DNA of 64,000 nucleotides from the human T2T-CHM13v2.0 reference genome, Homo sapiens (GCA_009914755.4 CP068257.2:5856001-5920000), one strand, 5' to 3'. Positions 31,301 to 46,500 are shown, counted from the first letter of the stretch. Translations and numbers: made by a program. Notes: generated by a model from the sequence alone, not told the origin.

Positions 31301-34039
31301 ATTCCATTCCATTCCTATAAATTGCAGTGCATTTTATTCATTCCATCCCATTCCATTCCATCCCATTGAATCCCAATCCACTCTACTCCACTCTACTACA
31401 CTCCATTTAATGCTGCTGAATTCCATTCGACTCCATTCCACTCCATTCCTTTCCACTCCACTCCATTCCACTGCACTCCACTCCATTCCACTCCTCTCCA
31501 TTCCACTCCACCTCGTTCCACTCCACTCCAATTTATGCCACTCCAATTCTTTCCATTCCACTCCACTTTGTTCCACTCCATTCCACTCTATTCCACTCAA
31601 TTCAATTCAAATCCACTCCATTCCATTAGAATCCATTCCACTCCACTCCATTCCATTTCACACTATTTCACTCCATTTCACTCCATTCCACTCCATTCCA
31701 TTCCATTCTACTCCATTCCACTCCAATCAACTCCAGTCCACTCCACTCATATCAATTCTGTTAAACTCCATTCCATTCCATTCCACTCCTCTCCGTTCTA
31801 TTCCACTCCACTGCATTCCTTTCCACTCCATTCCTCTCCACTCCATTCCCCTCCATTCCATTCCATTCCACTCTACTCCACTCCAATCCACTTCACTCCA
31901 TTCCACTCGCCTTCATTCCTTTTCATTCCATTCCATTCCATTCCTGTCCATTCTTCTCCATTCCATTCCAATGCACTCCATTCCACTCCATTAAATTCCA
32001 CTCCACTCAAACTCACTCCACTCCACTCCACTCCATTCGATTCTATAGCATTCCATTGCATTTCACTCCATTCCATTCCACTCTACTCCATTCATTTCCA
32101 ATCCACTCCACTCCATTCCACTCCATTCAAATCCATTCCATTCAATTTCACCACATTCCATTCCCTTCCACTCCATTTCACTCCACTCCTGTATACTCCA
32201 TTCTACACCACTCCACTCCATTCCCCTCCATTCCACTCTACTATTCACCACTCCATTCCATTCCACTCCCCACTTTACACTCCAATGCTCTCCATTCCAC
32301 TCCATTAAATTCCACTCCACTCCACCTCACTCCACTCCACTCCATTCCACTCCTTTCCTTTCCACTCCACTCCACACCACTCCACTCCACTTCAATCCAC
32401 TCCATTCCATTCCATTCCCCTCCATTGAATTCCTTACCATTGTATTCCACCGCATTCCATTCCACTCCTCTGTATGCCACTGCACTCCATTCCATTCCAT
32501 TCCACTCTAATCCACTCCACTCCGTTCCACTCTGATCCACTCCGTTCCACTGGACTACATTTTATTCCAGTCCAATCCATTCCACTCAATTCCATTCAAC
32601 TCCAATCCATGCCACTCCAATCCACTCCATTCCACTACAGTCCATTCCATTCCTCTAAAATCCTTTCCATTCCATTCCACTCCATTCCACTCCATTCCAC
32701 TCCATTCCAGTCCACTCCAGTCCATTCCATTCCACTCCACTCCAATCCATTCCATTCCACTCCACTCAAATCCACTCCATTCCATTCCACTGTAATCCAT
32801 TCCGTTCCACTCCATTCCACTCCACTCCACTCCATTCCACTTCACTCCTTTCAATTCCACTCTACTACATTCCATTCCATTCCACTCCCCTCCTCTCCTC
32901 TCCAATTCAATCCATTCCACTCCATTTCTTTCCACTTAACTCCAGTCCACTCTATTCCACTCCTCTCTGTTCCATTCCATCCCACTCCTCTCCATTCCGC
33001 TCCATGACATTGCAATCCATTCTACACCATTCCATTCCATTGCACTCCACTCCACTGAACTCCACTACATTCCATTAAAATCCATTCTATTCCATTGCAT
33101 TCCACTCCATTTCATTCCATTCAATTCCAATCCACTCCACGCAATTAAACTCCATGCCATTCCATTCCACTCCACTCCACTCCATTCCATTCCATTCCAT
33201 TGCATTTCTCTCCATTACATTCCATTGCATTTCACTGCACTGCATTCCACTGGATTGTACTCCACTCCACTCAAATCCATTCCTCTCCAATCCACTCCAT
33301 TTCATTTCACTCCATTCCATTTCTCTGCATTCCTTTCCATTCCATTCCACTCCATTACATTCCATTCCATTCCTCTCCATTCCATTCCATTCCACTCCAC
33401 TCCTATCCATTCCACTCCAATCCACTCCCCTCCATTCCATTCCACTCCACGCCACTCTATTCCACTTCCGTCCATTCCATTCCACTCCACTCCATTCCAT
33501 TCCACCCCTCTCAAGTCCTCTCCTCTCTGTTCCATTACAAAGCATTCCTCTCCTCTCCTTTCTAGTCCACTCCATTTCACTGCACTCCACTCCATTCCAT
33601 TCCACTCCATTGCATTCCTCTCCACTCCTCTCCATTCCAATCCATGTCATGCCATTTCTCTCCACTCCATTCCATTCCACTCCACTCCACTTCACTGCAC
33701 TCACTTCCATTCCATTCCATTCCATTCCATTCCAGTCCATTCCATTGCATTCAATTCCACTCCAATGCACTCCAATCCAATCCATTTCATTTCACTCCAT
33801 TCCATTCCTCTGCAATCCTTTCCACTCCATTCTACCCCTCTCCATTCCATTCCTCTCCACTCGTCTCCATTCCATTCCACTTCATTCCATTCCGTTCCTG
33901 TCCAGTCCATTTTATTCCATTCCACTGTATTCCATTCCACTCCATTCCAGTCAATTACCCTCCATTGCATTCGACCCCATTCCATTCCAATCCACTCCAC
34001 TCCATTCCAATCTACTCCTCTCCAATCCATTCCACTCTC

Positions 34040-36070
34040 TCCATTCCCCTAAACTCTATTCCATTCCACTTCGTTTCATTCCATTCCATTCCATTCCATT
34101 CTATTCCACTCCACTTCATTCCATTCCACTGCCCTCCATTCCATTCCACTCCATTCCTTTAATTTCCATTCCTTTCCATTCCATTCCACTCCACTCCATT
34201 CCATTCCGCTCTACTCCATTTCACTATATTCCATTGCATTCCACTCCACACCACTCCATTCCATTCCACTCGTCTCCATGTCATTCCATTCCATTCCATT
34301 TCATTCCATTCCATTCCACTCCATTCGATTCCATTCCACTCCAGTCCATTTATTCCACTCCACAGCACTGCATTCCACTCCATTCCACTCCATTCCACTA
34401 CATTCTCTTCTCCGCAATTCCATTCCATTCCATTCCAATCCACTCCACTCCATTCCACTCCAAAACCTTCTACTCCACACCACACCACTCTACTCCATTC
34501 CACTCCATTCCATTCCACTCCGCTGCATTCCATTCCACTCCCCTCTATTCCAAACACTCCATTCCACTCCAATCCACTTCCTTCCACTTCACTCAACTCA
34601 ATTTCACTCCACTCCATTCCATTCTACTCCACTGCATTCCACTCCTCTCCACTGCACTCCTTCCATTCCACTCCAATCCATTTCACTCCTCTCATTTCCA
34701 TTTTACTCTACTCCATTCCACTACCCTGCATTCCATTCCATTCCATTCCATTCCATTCCATTCCATTCCATTCCACTCCACTCCATTCCATTCCACTCCA
34801 CTCCATTCCATTCCAATCCACTCCATTCAACTCCATTTCACTCCATTAAATTCCACTCCACTCCATTCCAATCCACTCCATTCAACTCCATTTCACTCCA
34901 TTCAATTCCACTCCACTCCATTCCAATCTACTGTTTCCATTTCATTCTATGCAATTCCATTCCAATCCATTCCAATTCATTCCATTCCATTCAATTGCTT
35001 TCCACTCCAATCCATTCTACACCACTCCATTCCTTTCCAGTCCACTCCTTTCCACTCTACTCCATTCCACTCCACACTACTAAATTCCACTATACTCCAT
35101 TCAATTCCACTTCGTCTCATTCCGTTCCATTCCATTCCATTCCATTCCATTCCATTCTATTCCACTCCACTTCTTTCCATTCCACTGTCCTCCATTCCAT
35201 TCCACTCCATTCGTTTAATTTCCATTCCTTTCCATTCCATTCCATTCCATTCCACTCCACTCCATTCCATTCCGCTCTACTCCATTCCACTATATTCCAT
35301 TGCATTCCACTCCACACCACTCCATTCCACTCCACTCGTCTCCATGTCATTCCATTCCATTTTATTCCATTCCATTCCACTCCATTCCATTCCATTCCAC
35401 TCCAGTCCATTTATTCCACTCCACTGCACTGCATTCCACTCCATTCCACTACATTCTCTTCCCCTCAATTCCATTCCATTCCATTCCATTCCAATCCACT
35501 ACACTCCATTCCACTCCAAAACCTTCTACTCCACACCACACCACTCTACTCCATTCCACTCCATTTCATTCCACTACGCTGCATTCCATTCCACTCTGCT
35601 GCATTCCATTCCACTCCCTTCTGTTCCAAACCCTCCATTCCACTCCAATCCACTTCCTTCCACTTCACTCCACTCAATTTCACTCCACTCCATTCCATTC
35701 TACTCCACTCCATTCCACTCCTCTCCACTGCACTCCTTCCATTCCACTCCAATCCATTTCACTCCTCTCCTTTCCATTTTAATCTACTCCATTCCACTAC
35801 CTTCCATTCCATTCCATTCCACTCCACTCCATTCCATTCCAATCCACTCCATTCAACTCTATTTCACTCCATTCAATTCCACTCCACTCCATTCTAATCC
35901 ACTGTTTCCATTTTATTCTAATCCATTCCAATTCATTCCATTCCATTCAATTCCTTTCCACTCCAATCCATTCTACACCACTCCATTCCTTTCCAGCCCA
36001 CTCTTTTCCACTCTACTCCATTCCACTCCACACTACTACATTCCACTCCACTCAATTCCAGTCCACTCCA
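34040..36070. repeat. Higher-order repeat: a ~1.0 kb unit present twice in tandem (copy 1 ~34040-35090, copy 2 ~35090-36070), with small indels between copies.
   Basis: Seen directly: long colinear identity. For example 'ccactccattc(c/g)tttaatttccattcctttccattccattcc…gctctactccat…ctatattccattgcattccactccacaccactccattcc…cgtctccatgtcattccattcc' occurs at 34140-34290 and again at 35200-35350 (offset ~1056). 'ccaaaaccttctactccacaccacaccactctactccattccactcc' is at 34460 and 35515. The terminal 'ctgtttccatt…ccaattcattccattccattcaatt(g/c)ctttccactccaatccattctacaccactcc' is at 34930 and 35890 (offset ~980). ORF 33154..36921 shows the peptide block '…HSKTFYSTPHHSTPFHSI…' twice. Confidence 0.8.
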
Positions 36071-36180
36071 CTCCATTCCATTCTACTTCATTCCACTCGA
36101 ATCCACTCCAGTCCACTACACTCCTCTACATTCCGCTCCACTCCACTCCATTCTATTCCATTCCACTCCATTCCATTCCA

Positions 36181-36375
36181 CTCACACAATTTCATTTCAC
36201 TCCTTTAGACTCCACTCCATTGCATTCCAAAACACTCCACTCCATTCCATTCTATTCCATTCCACTCCATTCCATTCCACTCACACCATTTCATTTCACT
36301 CCTTTAGACTCCACTCCATTGCATTCCACAACACTCCACTCCATTCCACTATATTCCACTCCTTTCCATTCCATT
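36181..36375. repeat. ~100-bp local tandem duplication (x2).
   Basis: Seen directly: 'ctcacac(a/c)atttcatttcactcctttagactccactccattgcattcca(a/c)aacactccactccattcc' begins at 36181 and again at 36280. Confidence 0.8.
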
Positions 36376-39300
36376 ATAGCCCACAAAATTCCTTTAAATT
36401 CCGCCCTATTCCATTCCACTCCACAACTTTCCACTCCATTCCCCTCCATTCCATTGCACTCCACGCTACTCCACTCTACTCCAATCCACTCCATTCGATT
36501 CCATTCTATTTCTTGCCAATCCATTCCATTCAACTCTCTCCATTCCACTCCACACCAATGTGTTCCACTCCACTGCATTGCATTCCAGTCCACTAAATTT
36601 CACTCCACTCCATTCCACTCCACTTCATTCCACTCCACTCAACTCCACTCCACTCTGCTCCGTTGCACTCCCCTCCATTTTATTCCTCTCCAATCCATTC
36701 CACTCTTCTCCACTCTGTTCCACTCCATTCCACTCTATTCCACTCAATTCCATTCAAATCCACTCCATTCCACTCCTCTCCACTCCATTCCATTCCACTC
36801 CACTCCTCTCCACTCCATTCTATTTCACACCACTGCTCCCCATTCCACTCCATTCCTTTCCGTTCCACTCCATTCCAGTCAACTCAACTCCAGTCAACTC
36901 CACTCAAATCCATTCAATTAAACTCCATTTCATTCCATTCCAGTTCACTCCATTTTATTCCACTCCACTGCATTCCTTTCCACTAAATTCCTCTTCATTC
37001 CATTCCCCTCCCTTCCTTTCAATTCCATTACACTGCAGTCCAGTCCACTCAATTCCACTGGACTCCATTCAACCCCATTTCATTCCTTTCCTTTCCATTC
37101 CACTCTATTCCACTTCACTCCACTCCATTCCATTCTACTCTACTCCATTCCACTAAATTCCTTTACATTCTACTCCACACCACTCCTTTCCAATCCACTC
37201 CATTGCATTTCGTTGCATTCCATTCCATTCCATTCCATTCCAGTCCATTTTTTTTCACTCCACTGCATTCCATTCCACTCCATTCCGCTGCATTCCACTC
37301 CATTCCACTACATTACATTCCCCTCCATTCCATTGCATTGCATTGCATTGCATTCCATTCCATTCCATTCCATTCCACTCCATTACACTCCTGTCCATTC
37401 TACTCCACTCCACACCACTCCACTCCATTCCACTCTATTCCATTCCACTCCGCTGCATTCCATTCCACTCTGCTCCATTCCACCCCACTCTATTCCACCC
37501 CACTCCATTCCACTCCAATCCACTCCTTTCCACTCCACTCCACTCTATTTCACTCCGCTCCATTCCATTCTACTGCACTCCATTCCACTCCACTCCACTC
37601 CTTTCCAACCCACTCCACTCCATTTCACTACACTCCATTCCATTCTACTCAACTCCATTCCACTACACTCCATTCTATTGCATTCCATTCCATTCGATTC
37701 CACCCCACTCATTCCATTCCACTCCATTCCACTCCATTCCATGCTACTCCATTCCATTCCACTCCATTCCATTCCACTCCATTCCATTACATTATACTCT
37801 TTCAAATCCATTCCACTCCATTCCTTTCCACTCCACTCTTGTCCACTCCACTCCACTGCATTCCACTCAATTCTATTCTATTCCACTCCACTCCATTAAA
37901 TTCCACTCCACTCCGTTCCATTCTATTCCATTCCACTCCATTCCATTCCATTCCATTCCATTCCACTCCACTCCATCACTTTCCATTCAACTCCAGTCCA
38001 TTCCATTCCAGTCAATTCCATTCCATTCTGTTCCACTCCACTGCACTCCTCTCCACTGCATTCCATTCCACTCCATTCCATTCCCTTCCACTCTATTCTC
38101 TTCTATTCTACTCCATTCTTTTCAACTCCACTCCACACCATTCCATTCTATCCCACTTCACTCCATTCCATTCCATTCGACTCCAATGCATTTCAATCCA
38201 CTAGTTTCCGTTCCCCTCCACTCCATTACCCTCCATTTCATTCAATTCCATTCCACTCCACTCCACTCCATTTCACACCACTCTTTATTCCCCTTCATTA
38301 AATTCCATTCCACTCATCTCCACTCCATTCCATTTCCCTACGTTCCATTCCATTTCACTCCACTCCATTGCATTCCATTCCACTCCATTCCATTCCATTC
38401 CATTCCTTTTAACTACATTCCAGTCCTTTCAAATCCATTCCACTCCATTCCATTCCACAACACTCCAGTCCACTCCACTCCATTCAATTCCAATCCGTTC
38501 CATTCCCTTCCACTCCCCTCCACTCCATTCCACTCAATTCCATTCTATTCCACTCCATTCCATTCAATTCCACTGCACTCCAATCCACTCCGTTCCATTC
38601 CAATCCATTCCATTCCATTCAATTCCATTACATTCCACTCCATCACATTCCATTCAACTCCACTAGTGTGCATTACACTCCACTCCACTCCATTTCACTC
38701 CACTAGATTCCATTCCAATCCACTCCACTCCTCTCCACTCCATTTCACTCCATTGAATTACACTCCATTCCATTCACTTCCATTCCACTCCACTCCGCTC
38801 CACTCCATTTTATTCAGTTCCATTCCATTGCATTGCATTACATTCCATTCCATTTGAATCTTCTCCATTTCTTTCCATTCCTTTACACTGCATTCCAAGC
38901 CATTCCACTCCATTCCACTCCACTCCACTCCAATCACCTCTTTTCCATTCCTCTCCATTCCATTCCACTCCACTCCAATCCCCTCCATTACATTCCAGTC
39001 CATTCCACTCCACTCCAATCTATTCCATTGCACTCCATTTCATTCCATTCCACTCCACTTCCCTGCATTCCACTCCACTCTATTCCACTACACTCCATTT
39101 ACCTCCAATCCATTCTGTTCCATTCCATTCCATTCCACTCCATTCCATTCCATTCCACTCCATTCCAATCCCTTCCATGCCACTCCATTCCCATTCCTTT
39201 CCATCGCACTCCACTCCACTCCAACCCACTCCACTCCTATCCTTTCCATTCCTTACCTTTCCATTCCATTCCATTCAATTCCACTCCACTCCACTCCGTT

Positions 39301-41220
39301 TCATTCCACATCATTCCATTTCATTCCACTGCAATTCATTTCATTCCATTCCATTCCTTTCCACTCTACTCCCTTCCTTTCCATACCATTCCTATCCACT
39401 CCACTCCTTTCCACTCCAATCCACTTCATTCCATTCCAATTCACTCCATTCCACCCTACTCCATTCCATTCCAATTCACTCCATTCCACCCTACTCCATT
39501 CCACTACTCTCCACTCCATTTCAACCGACTCCATTCCACTCCACTCCTCTCCATTCCAATCCACTCCGTTTCATTACACTCTACTCCATTCCATTGTACT
39601 CCACTCAATTCTGTTCCACTCCATTCCACTCCATTCCATTCAACTCCATTCCATTCCATTCCATTACTCTCCACTAGACTCCATTCCATTCCTTTACAAT
39701 CCAGTCCACTACACTCCATTCCTTTCCAATCCATTCCACACCATTCCATTCCGTTTCACTCCACTCCATTCAATTCCCCTCCACTCCTTTCCGTTTAAAT
39801 CCATTGCATTCCATTCATGTCCACTCCATTCCGTTCCATTTCACTCCATTACATTACATTCCACTCCACTCCACTCCACTCCATTCCATTCCATTTCATG
39901 CCATTCCAAATCAATCCACTCCACTCCACCCCAATCCATTCCACTCTATTCCATTTTACTCCACTCCATTCCATTCCACTCAACCCTATTCCACTACTGT
40001 CGATTCCACTCCACTCCATTGCACTCCACTCCATTCCATTCTCTTCCTTTCCACTCCATTCCATTCCACTCCACTCCACTCCATTCAACTCCACTACATT
40101 CCATTCCGTTACACTCCACTCCATTCCACTACATTCCACTCCATTCCATAGCACTCCACTGCATTCAACTCCATTCCACTCCATTCCATTCTACTCCACT
40201 CCACTACACAACATTCTATCCCGTTCCATTGCATTCCATTCCACTCCACTCCACTCCATTCGCTTCCAGTCCACTCCACTGAATTTCACTAAACTCAACT
40301 GCATTCGAGTCCACTCCATTATGCTCCATTCCACTCTACTCCATTCCACTCCACTCCACTCTTTTCCACTCCCCTCCATTCCATTCCACTACATTGCAAT
40401 CCTTTCTACCCCACTGTATTTCACTCCACTCCATTCCATTCCTTTACAATCCATTCCATACCATTCTATTCCACTTCATTCCATTCCACTACACTCCATT
40501 CCAATCTACTCAACTACATTCCGTTCAATTCCACTCCATTCCATTCCACTCCATTCCATTCGAATCCATTCCATTCAAATCCATTCCACTCGTATCCACT
40601 CCATTCCATTCCATTCCACTGCACTCAACTCCATTCCATTTCTTTCAAATTCATTTAACTCCATTCCATTCCATTCTACTCCATTCCCTTCCATTCAACT
40701 CCACTCCCTTCTGATCCAATCCATTCCATTCCAAGACATTCCACACTAATCCACTCCACTCACTCCATTCATTTCGACTCCATTCCATTGCACTGCATTC
40801 CATTCCATTCCACTCAACTCTATTCCACTCCACTCCATTGCACTCCACTCCATTGCGCTCCACTCCATTCTTTTCCATTCCTTTCCACTCCATTCCATTC
40901 CACTACACTCCACTCAATTCCATTCCAGTACACTCCATTCCACTCCATTCCATTCCAGACCACTCCTCTCTAATCCATTCCGTCCTATTCCATTCCATTC
41001 CACTCTACTCCTCTACATTGCATTACACTTGATTCCTTTCCACTTCACTCCACTCCTTTCCATTCCACTCCACTCCATTCGAATCCATTCCACTCCACTC
41101 CACTCCATTATATTTCATTCCCGTCCACTCCATTCCATTACCCTTCACTCTACTCTTTTTCACTCCACTCTGCTCCATTCCTGCCCATTCCATTCCATTC
41201 AATTCCACTCCACTCCACTC

Positions 41221-41600
41221 CATTCCACTCCAATCCATTCCGCTCCATTTCATTCCATTCCATTCCATTCCAATCCATTCCATTGCAATCCACTCAATTC
41301 CATTCCATTCCAGTCTATTCCACTCCACTCTATTCCATTCCACTCCACTCTATTCCACTCCACTCCACTCCAATCAACTCCACTACATTCCCTTCCATTC
41401 CACTCCATTCCATTCCACTCCAATCCATTCCGCTCCATTTCATTCCATTCCATTCCATTCCAATCCATTCCATTGCAATCCACTCCATTCCATTCTATTC
41501 CAGTCTATTCCACTCCACTCTATTCCATTCCACTCCACTCTATTCCACTCCACTCCACTCCAATCAACTCCACTACATTCCCTTCCATTCCACTCCATTC
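41221..41600. repeat. ~190-bp local tandem duplication (x2), near-identical.
   Basis: Seen directly: 'cattccactccaatccattccgctccatttcattccattccattccattccaatccattccattgcaatccactc…cagtctattccactccactctattccattccactccactctattccactccactccactccaatcaactccactacattcccttccattccactccattccatt' begins at 41221 and again at 41411. Confidence 0.8.
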
Positions 41601-43360
41601 CATTCCATCCAATTCCATTCTATTCCACTGCATTTCAATACACTCCACTCCAATCCACTCCACTCCATTCCATTCCATTCCACTCTGTTCCATTCTATTC
41701 CATTCCACTCCACTCCATTCCATTCCATTCCACTCAACTCCACTCTACTAAAATCCACTGCATTCCATTCCACTTCACTCTACTCCACTCCACTCCATTT
41801 CATTCCATTCCACTCTACTCCACTCCACTCCACTCCAATTCATTCCAGTTCACCCAATTCCATTCCACTCTACATTCCCTTCCACTCCACTACATTCCAC
41901 TCCACTCTATTGCATTCCATTCCACTCTATTCCATTCCATTCCGGTGCACTTCTTCACTCCATTCCACTGCATTCCCGTCCTTTCCACTCCATTCCATTC
42001 TATTGCACTACACTCTATTCCATTCCATTCAACTCCATTCCATTCCATTCCATTCCTTCCATTCCATTCCTTTCCACTGTTGTCCACTCCACTCCACTCC
42101 AATCCACTCCATTCCTTTCCTTTTCATTAGATTCCACTCCAATCCACTCCATTGTATTCCTCTCCACTCCATTTTATTCCACTCCAATGCATTTCATGTC
42201 ATTCCATTCCATTCCACTCTACTGCATTCCTTTCCACTCCATTCCAATACCGTCCACTCCATTCCACTCCATTCCACTTCATTCCATTCCACTACCATCC
42301 GTTCCACCCCACTCCATTCTACTCCTCTCCACTCCGTTCCACTCCAGTACGCTCCATTTCACTCCAATCCATTCCATTCCAATCCACTCCATTCCATTCC
42401 ACTCCATTCCAATCCATTCCTTTCCATTCCATTCCTTTCCATTCAGCACAATTCCATTAAATTCTTTCCTCTCCACCCCACTCCATTCCATTCTGTTCCA
42501 TTCCACTCCAATACCCTCCAATCCTTTCCAATCCATTCCATTCCATTTCACTTCAATCCATTCCATTCCACTCCACTCCTTTCTATTCCAATCCATTGCA
42601 TTCAAATCCATTCCACTGCATTCCGTTCCATTCCACTCCATTACATTCCATTTCACTCCACTCCACTCCAATCCATTCCATTCCATTCCATTCCATGCCA
42701 TTCCACACCAACACACTCCACTCCACACCATTAAATTTCACTCCCTTCCATTCCACTAAAATCCATTCCATTCCACTCAACTCCATTCCACTGCACTCCA
42801 TTCCTTTCCAGTCCATTGCACTCCACTCCATTCCATTCCATTCCACTCCAATCGATTCCATTCCTCTCCCCTCCACTCCATTCCATTGCACTCCACTCCA
42901 TTTCACTCCATTCCACTCAATTCCATTCCAATCAAATCCACTCCACTCCATTCCATCCCATTCAATTCCATTCCACTCCACTCCACTCCATTCCATTCCA
43001 CTTCACTCCACTCCATCCCACTCCACTCCACTCCATCCAGTCCATTCCATTCCAATTCACTCCACCGCATTCTATTCCGTTCCCTTCAATTTCATTCCAT
43101 TCCATTCCACTCCATTCCGTTCCATTCCACTCAATTCCATTCGACTCTGTTCCACTCCATTCTATTCATTTCCACTCCACTCCATTCCATTCCACTCCAC
43201 TCCATTCCATTCCACTCCATTCCAGTCCATTCCATTCAACTCCATTCCACTCCATTCCAGTCCATTCCATTTAACTCACTCCATTCCACTCCATTCCATT
43301 CAACTCCATTCCATCCATTCCATTCAACTCCTCTCCACTCCTTTCCATTCCATTCCACTC

Positions 43361-43520
43361 CGCTGCACTACAACCCATTCCTGTCCTATCCATTTCACTA
43401 CATTCCATTCCATTCTAATACACTCCGTTCCATTCCACTCCGCTCCACTACAACCCATTCCTGTCCTATCCATTTCACTACATTCCATTCCATTCTAATA
43501 CACTCCGTTCCTTTCCACTC
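43361..43520. repeat. 80-bp exact tandem duplication (x2) carrying a CAACCC-containing variant unit.
   Basis: Seen directly: 'ctccgctgcactacaacccattcctgtcctatccatttcactacattccattccattctaatacactccgttcc(a/t)ttcca' is at 43361-43440 and repeats at 43441-43520 ('ctacaaccca' at 43371 and 43451). Confidence 0.85.
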
Positions 43521-46500
43521 CACTCCTTTATATTCCATTCTATTCCATTCCATGCCATTCCACACCAATCCACTCCACTCCACTCCATTCCACTCCACTC
43601 CCTTCCATTCCACTACCCTCCATTCCATTCCACTCAATTCTATTCCATTCCACTCCATTCCACTCCACTATATTGCACTCCACTCAATTTGATTCCATTT
43701 CTTTCCACTCCAATCCATTCCACTACACTCCATTCTTTTCCATTCCACTCCACACATTCCACTCCATTCCACTACATTCCTTTTTACTCCACTCCACTCC
43801 ATTCCACTCCATTCCATCCCACTCCATTAAATTCCATTCCACTCCACTCCACTCAACTCCATTCCATTCCGTTCCATCACATTCCAACCAATTCCCTTCC
43901 AAACCACACTGCTCCTTTCAATTCCACTCCACTCCATTCCACTCCACTCCACTCCTTTCAACTACACTCGTTTGCAATCCACTCCATTCCACTCCATTCC
44001 ACTCCAGTGCATTCCACTCCACTCTATTGCATTCCCTTCCACTCCAGTCCATTCCATTCCTTTCCATTCCTCATCACTCCATTCCACTCCACTCCATTCC
44101 ACTCCACTCCAATCCACTCCACTCTACTCCACTCCATTCCATTCCATTACACTCAACTCCATTGCTTTCCTTTCAATTCCATTCCACGCCATTCCGCCCC
44201 ACACCACTCCACTCCATTGAATTCCAATCCGTTCCACTCCATTCCATTCCACTCCACTCCACTCTTCTTCACTCTACTCCATTCCTGCCCATGCCATTCC
44301 ATTCCATTGCATTCCACTCGACTGTACTCCATTCCATTCCAATCCATTCCGCTCAACTGCATTCCATTCCATTTCACTCCATTCCATTCAACTCCCCTCC
44401 ATTCCATTCCATTCCACTCCACTGTATTCCACTCCACTCCATTCCATTCCACTCCATTCCTTTCCACTCCACTCCACTTTACTCAACTCCATTCCACTCC
44501 ATTCCATTCCACTCCACTCCATTATATTCCACTCCATTCCACTCCTCTCCATTCTATTCCACTCCATTCCAATACACTCCACTCCATTCCACTCCATTCT
44601 ATTCCATTCACCTCCAGTTCTTTCCATTCCATTCCACTCCATTCAATTCCATTCCACTCCATTCAATTCCATTCCACTCCACTCCTTCCTATTCCACTCC
44701 ATTCCAGTACTCTCCACTCCATTCTACTCTCCTCCATTCCATTCCACTCCATTCCATACCAGTCCACTCCACTCCTCTCTACTCCATTCCACTCCATTCC
44801 ATTCTACTCCATTGCATACCACTCCACTCCACTCATCTCTACTCCATTCCGTTCCATTCCATTCCTTTCCTCTCCTTTCCATTTCACTTCACTCCGTTAT
44901 ATTCCAATCCATTCCAATTCACTCTACTCCATTTATCTCCATTCCTTCCCATTCCAGTTCACTCCATTCCGTTCGATTCCACTCCGTTCTGTTCCATTCC
45001 ATTCCACTACACTCCATTCCTTTCTATTGCATTTCTCTACACTCCACTCCACTCTACGAAAATCCACTCCATTCCATTCCACTTCACTCTACTCCCCTCC
45101 ATTCCATTGCATTCTGTTCCACTCCACTCCACTATACTCCATTCCATTCCACTCCACTCCATTCCACTCCACTCCATTCCACTCCACTCCATTCCATTCC
45201 ATTCCAAGCCACTCCATTCCATTCCACTCCACACCATTCCATTCCACTCTATTCCATTCCACTGCACTCCAATCCATTCCATTGCATTCCACTATACTCC
45301 ACTTCACTCCATTCCTTTCCATTCCATTCCACTACTCTCCATTCCACTCCATTCCACTCCACTCCATTCCATTCCACTCCACTCCACTCCATTCCATTCC
45401 AATCCATTCCATTCCACTCCACCCCAATCCATTCCACACCATTCCATTCCTTCCATTTCTTTATTTTCCATTCCTCTCTACTCCACTCAAATCCATTCCA
45501 TTCGTTTCTTTCCATTCTATTCCATTCCTTTCCACTCTTCTACACTCCACTGCATTGCACTCCATTCCATTGCATTCCACTCCAATGCATTTGATTCCAT
45601 TCGATTCCATCCACTCTGCTCCATTCCTTTCCACTCCATTCCATTTCACTCCACTCGATTCCACTCCACTCCACTTCATTCCATTCCACTCCACTCCATT
45701 CCACCACACTCCCTTCCACTAATGTCCTATCCATTCCACTCCACTCCACGCCGTTCCATTCCACTTCATTCCATTCCACTCCACTCCACGCCATTACACT
45801 CCACTTCATTCCATTCCACTCCACTCCATTCCATCCTGCTCCACTGCATTCTATTCCCCTCCATTCCATTCCATTCCATTCAACTCCATTCCATTCCATT
45901 CCATTCTAATCCAATCCATTCCATTCCACTCCGCAACTCTCAATTCCTTTCCAATCCATTCCCTTCCATTCCATTCCCTTTCACTCCAATTCATTCCATT
46001 CCACTCCATTCTATACGTTCCAGTCCATTGTATCCCATTCCATTCCACTGCATTCCGTTGCATTTCACTTCATTCCATTCCATTCCACTCCACTCCACTC
46101 CATTCCATTCCACTCCACTCCACTCCACTACTTTCCATTCCATTCCTAGCCATTCCACACCAATCCACTCCACTCTACTCCATGTCATTCTGCTCCATTC
46201 CATTCCACTCCTCTCCATTCCATTCCACCCAACTCTGTTCCAGTCCTCTCCATTTCACTCTACTGCGTTCCATTCCATTCCTTTCCAATCCATTACAATC
46301 CATTCCCCTCCACTCCATTCCATTTCACTCCACTATATTTCACTCCATTCCCCTCATTCCATTCCACTCCACTCCACTCCATTCCTCCCCGTTCCATTCC
46401 TTTCCATTGCATTCCACTCCACTGCATTCCATTCCACTCCTCTCCACTCAGTTCCATTCGAGTCCACACCAATCCCTTCCATTCCACTCCACTCCATTCG

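Noticed and set aside
33154-36921. Very long ORFs (up to 1255 aa; also 43673..46510 945 aa, 55274..58042 922 aa, 59963..62527 854 aa) that could be taken for large repeat-containing, His/Pro- or Trp-rich proteins.
   Set aside because: They are translations of a stop-free pentanucleotide: strictly 5-aa periodic (FHSIP/LHSTP… or MEWNG…). They overlap in all six frames over the same DNA, with no Kozak or RBS context, no non-repetitive domain and no codon-usage asymmetry. Overlapping ORFs on both strands of identical extent are the hallmark of a frame-independent repeat, not a gene.
37326-37345. (CATTG)4 micro-run 'cattgcattgcattgcattg' as a distinct microsatellite.
   Set aside because: It is just a C-to-G variant of the pentamer amplified four times by slippage. 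It is too short and too isolated to be a separate feature.
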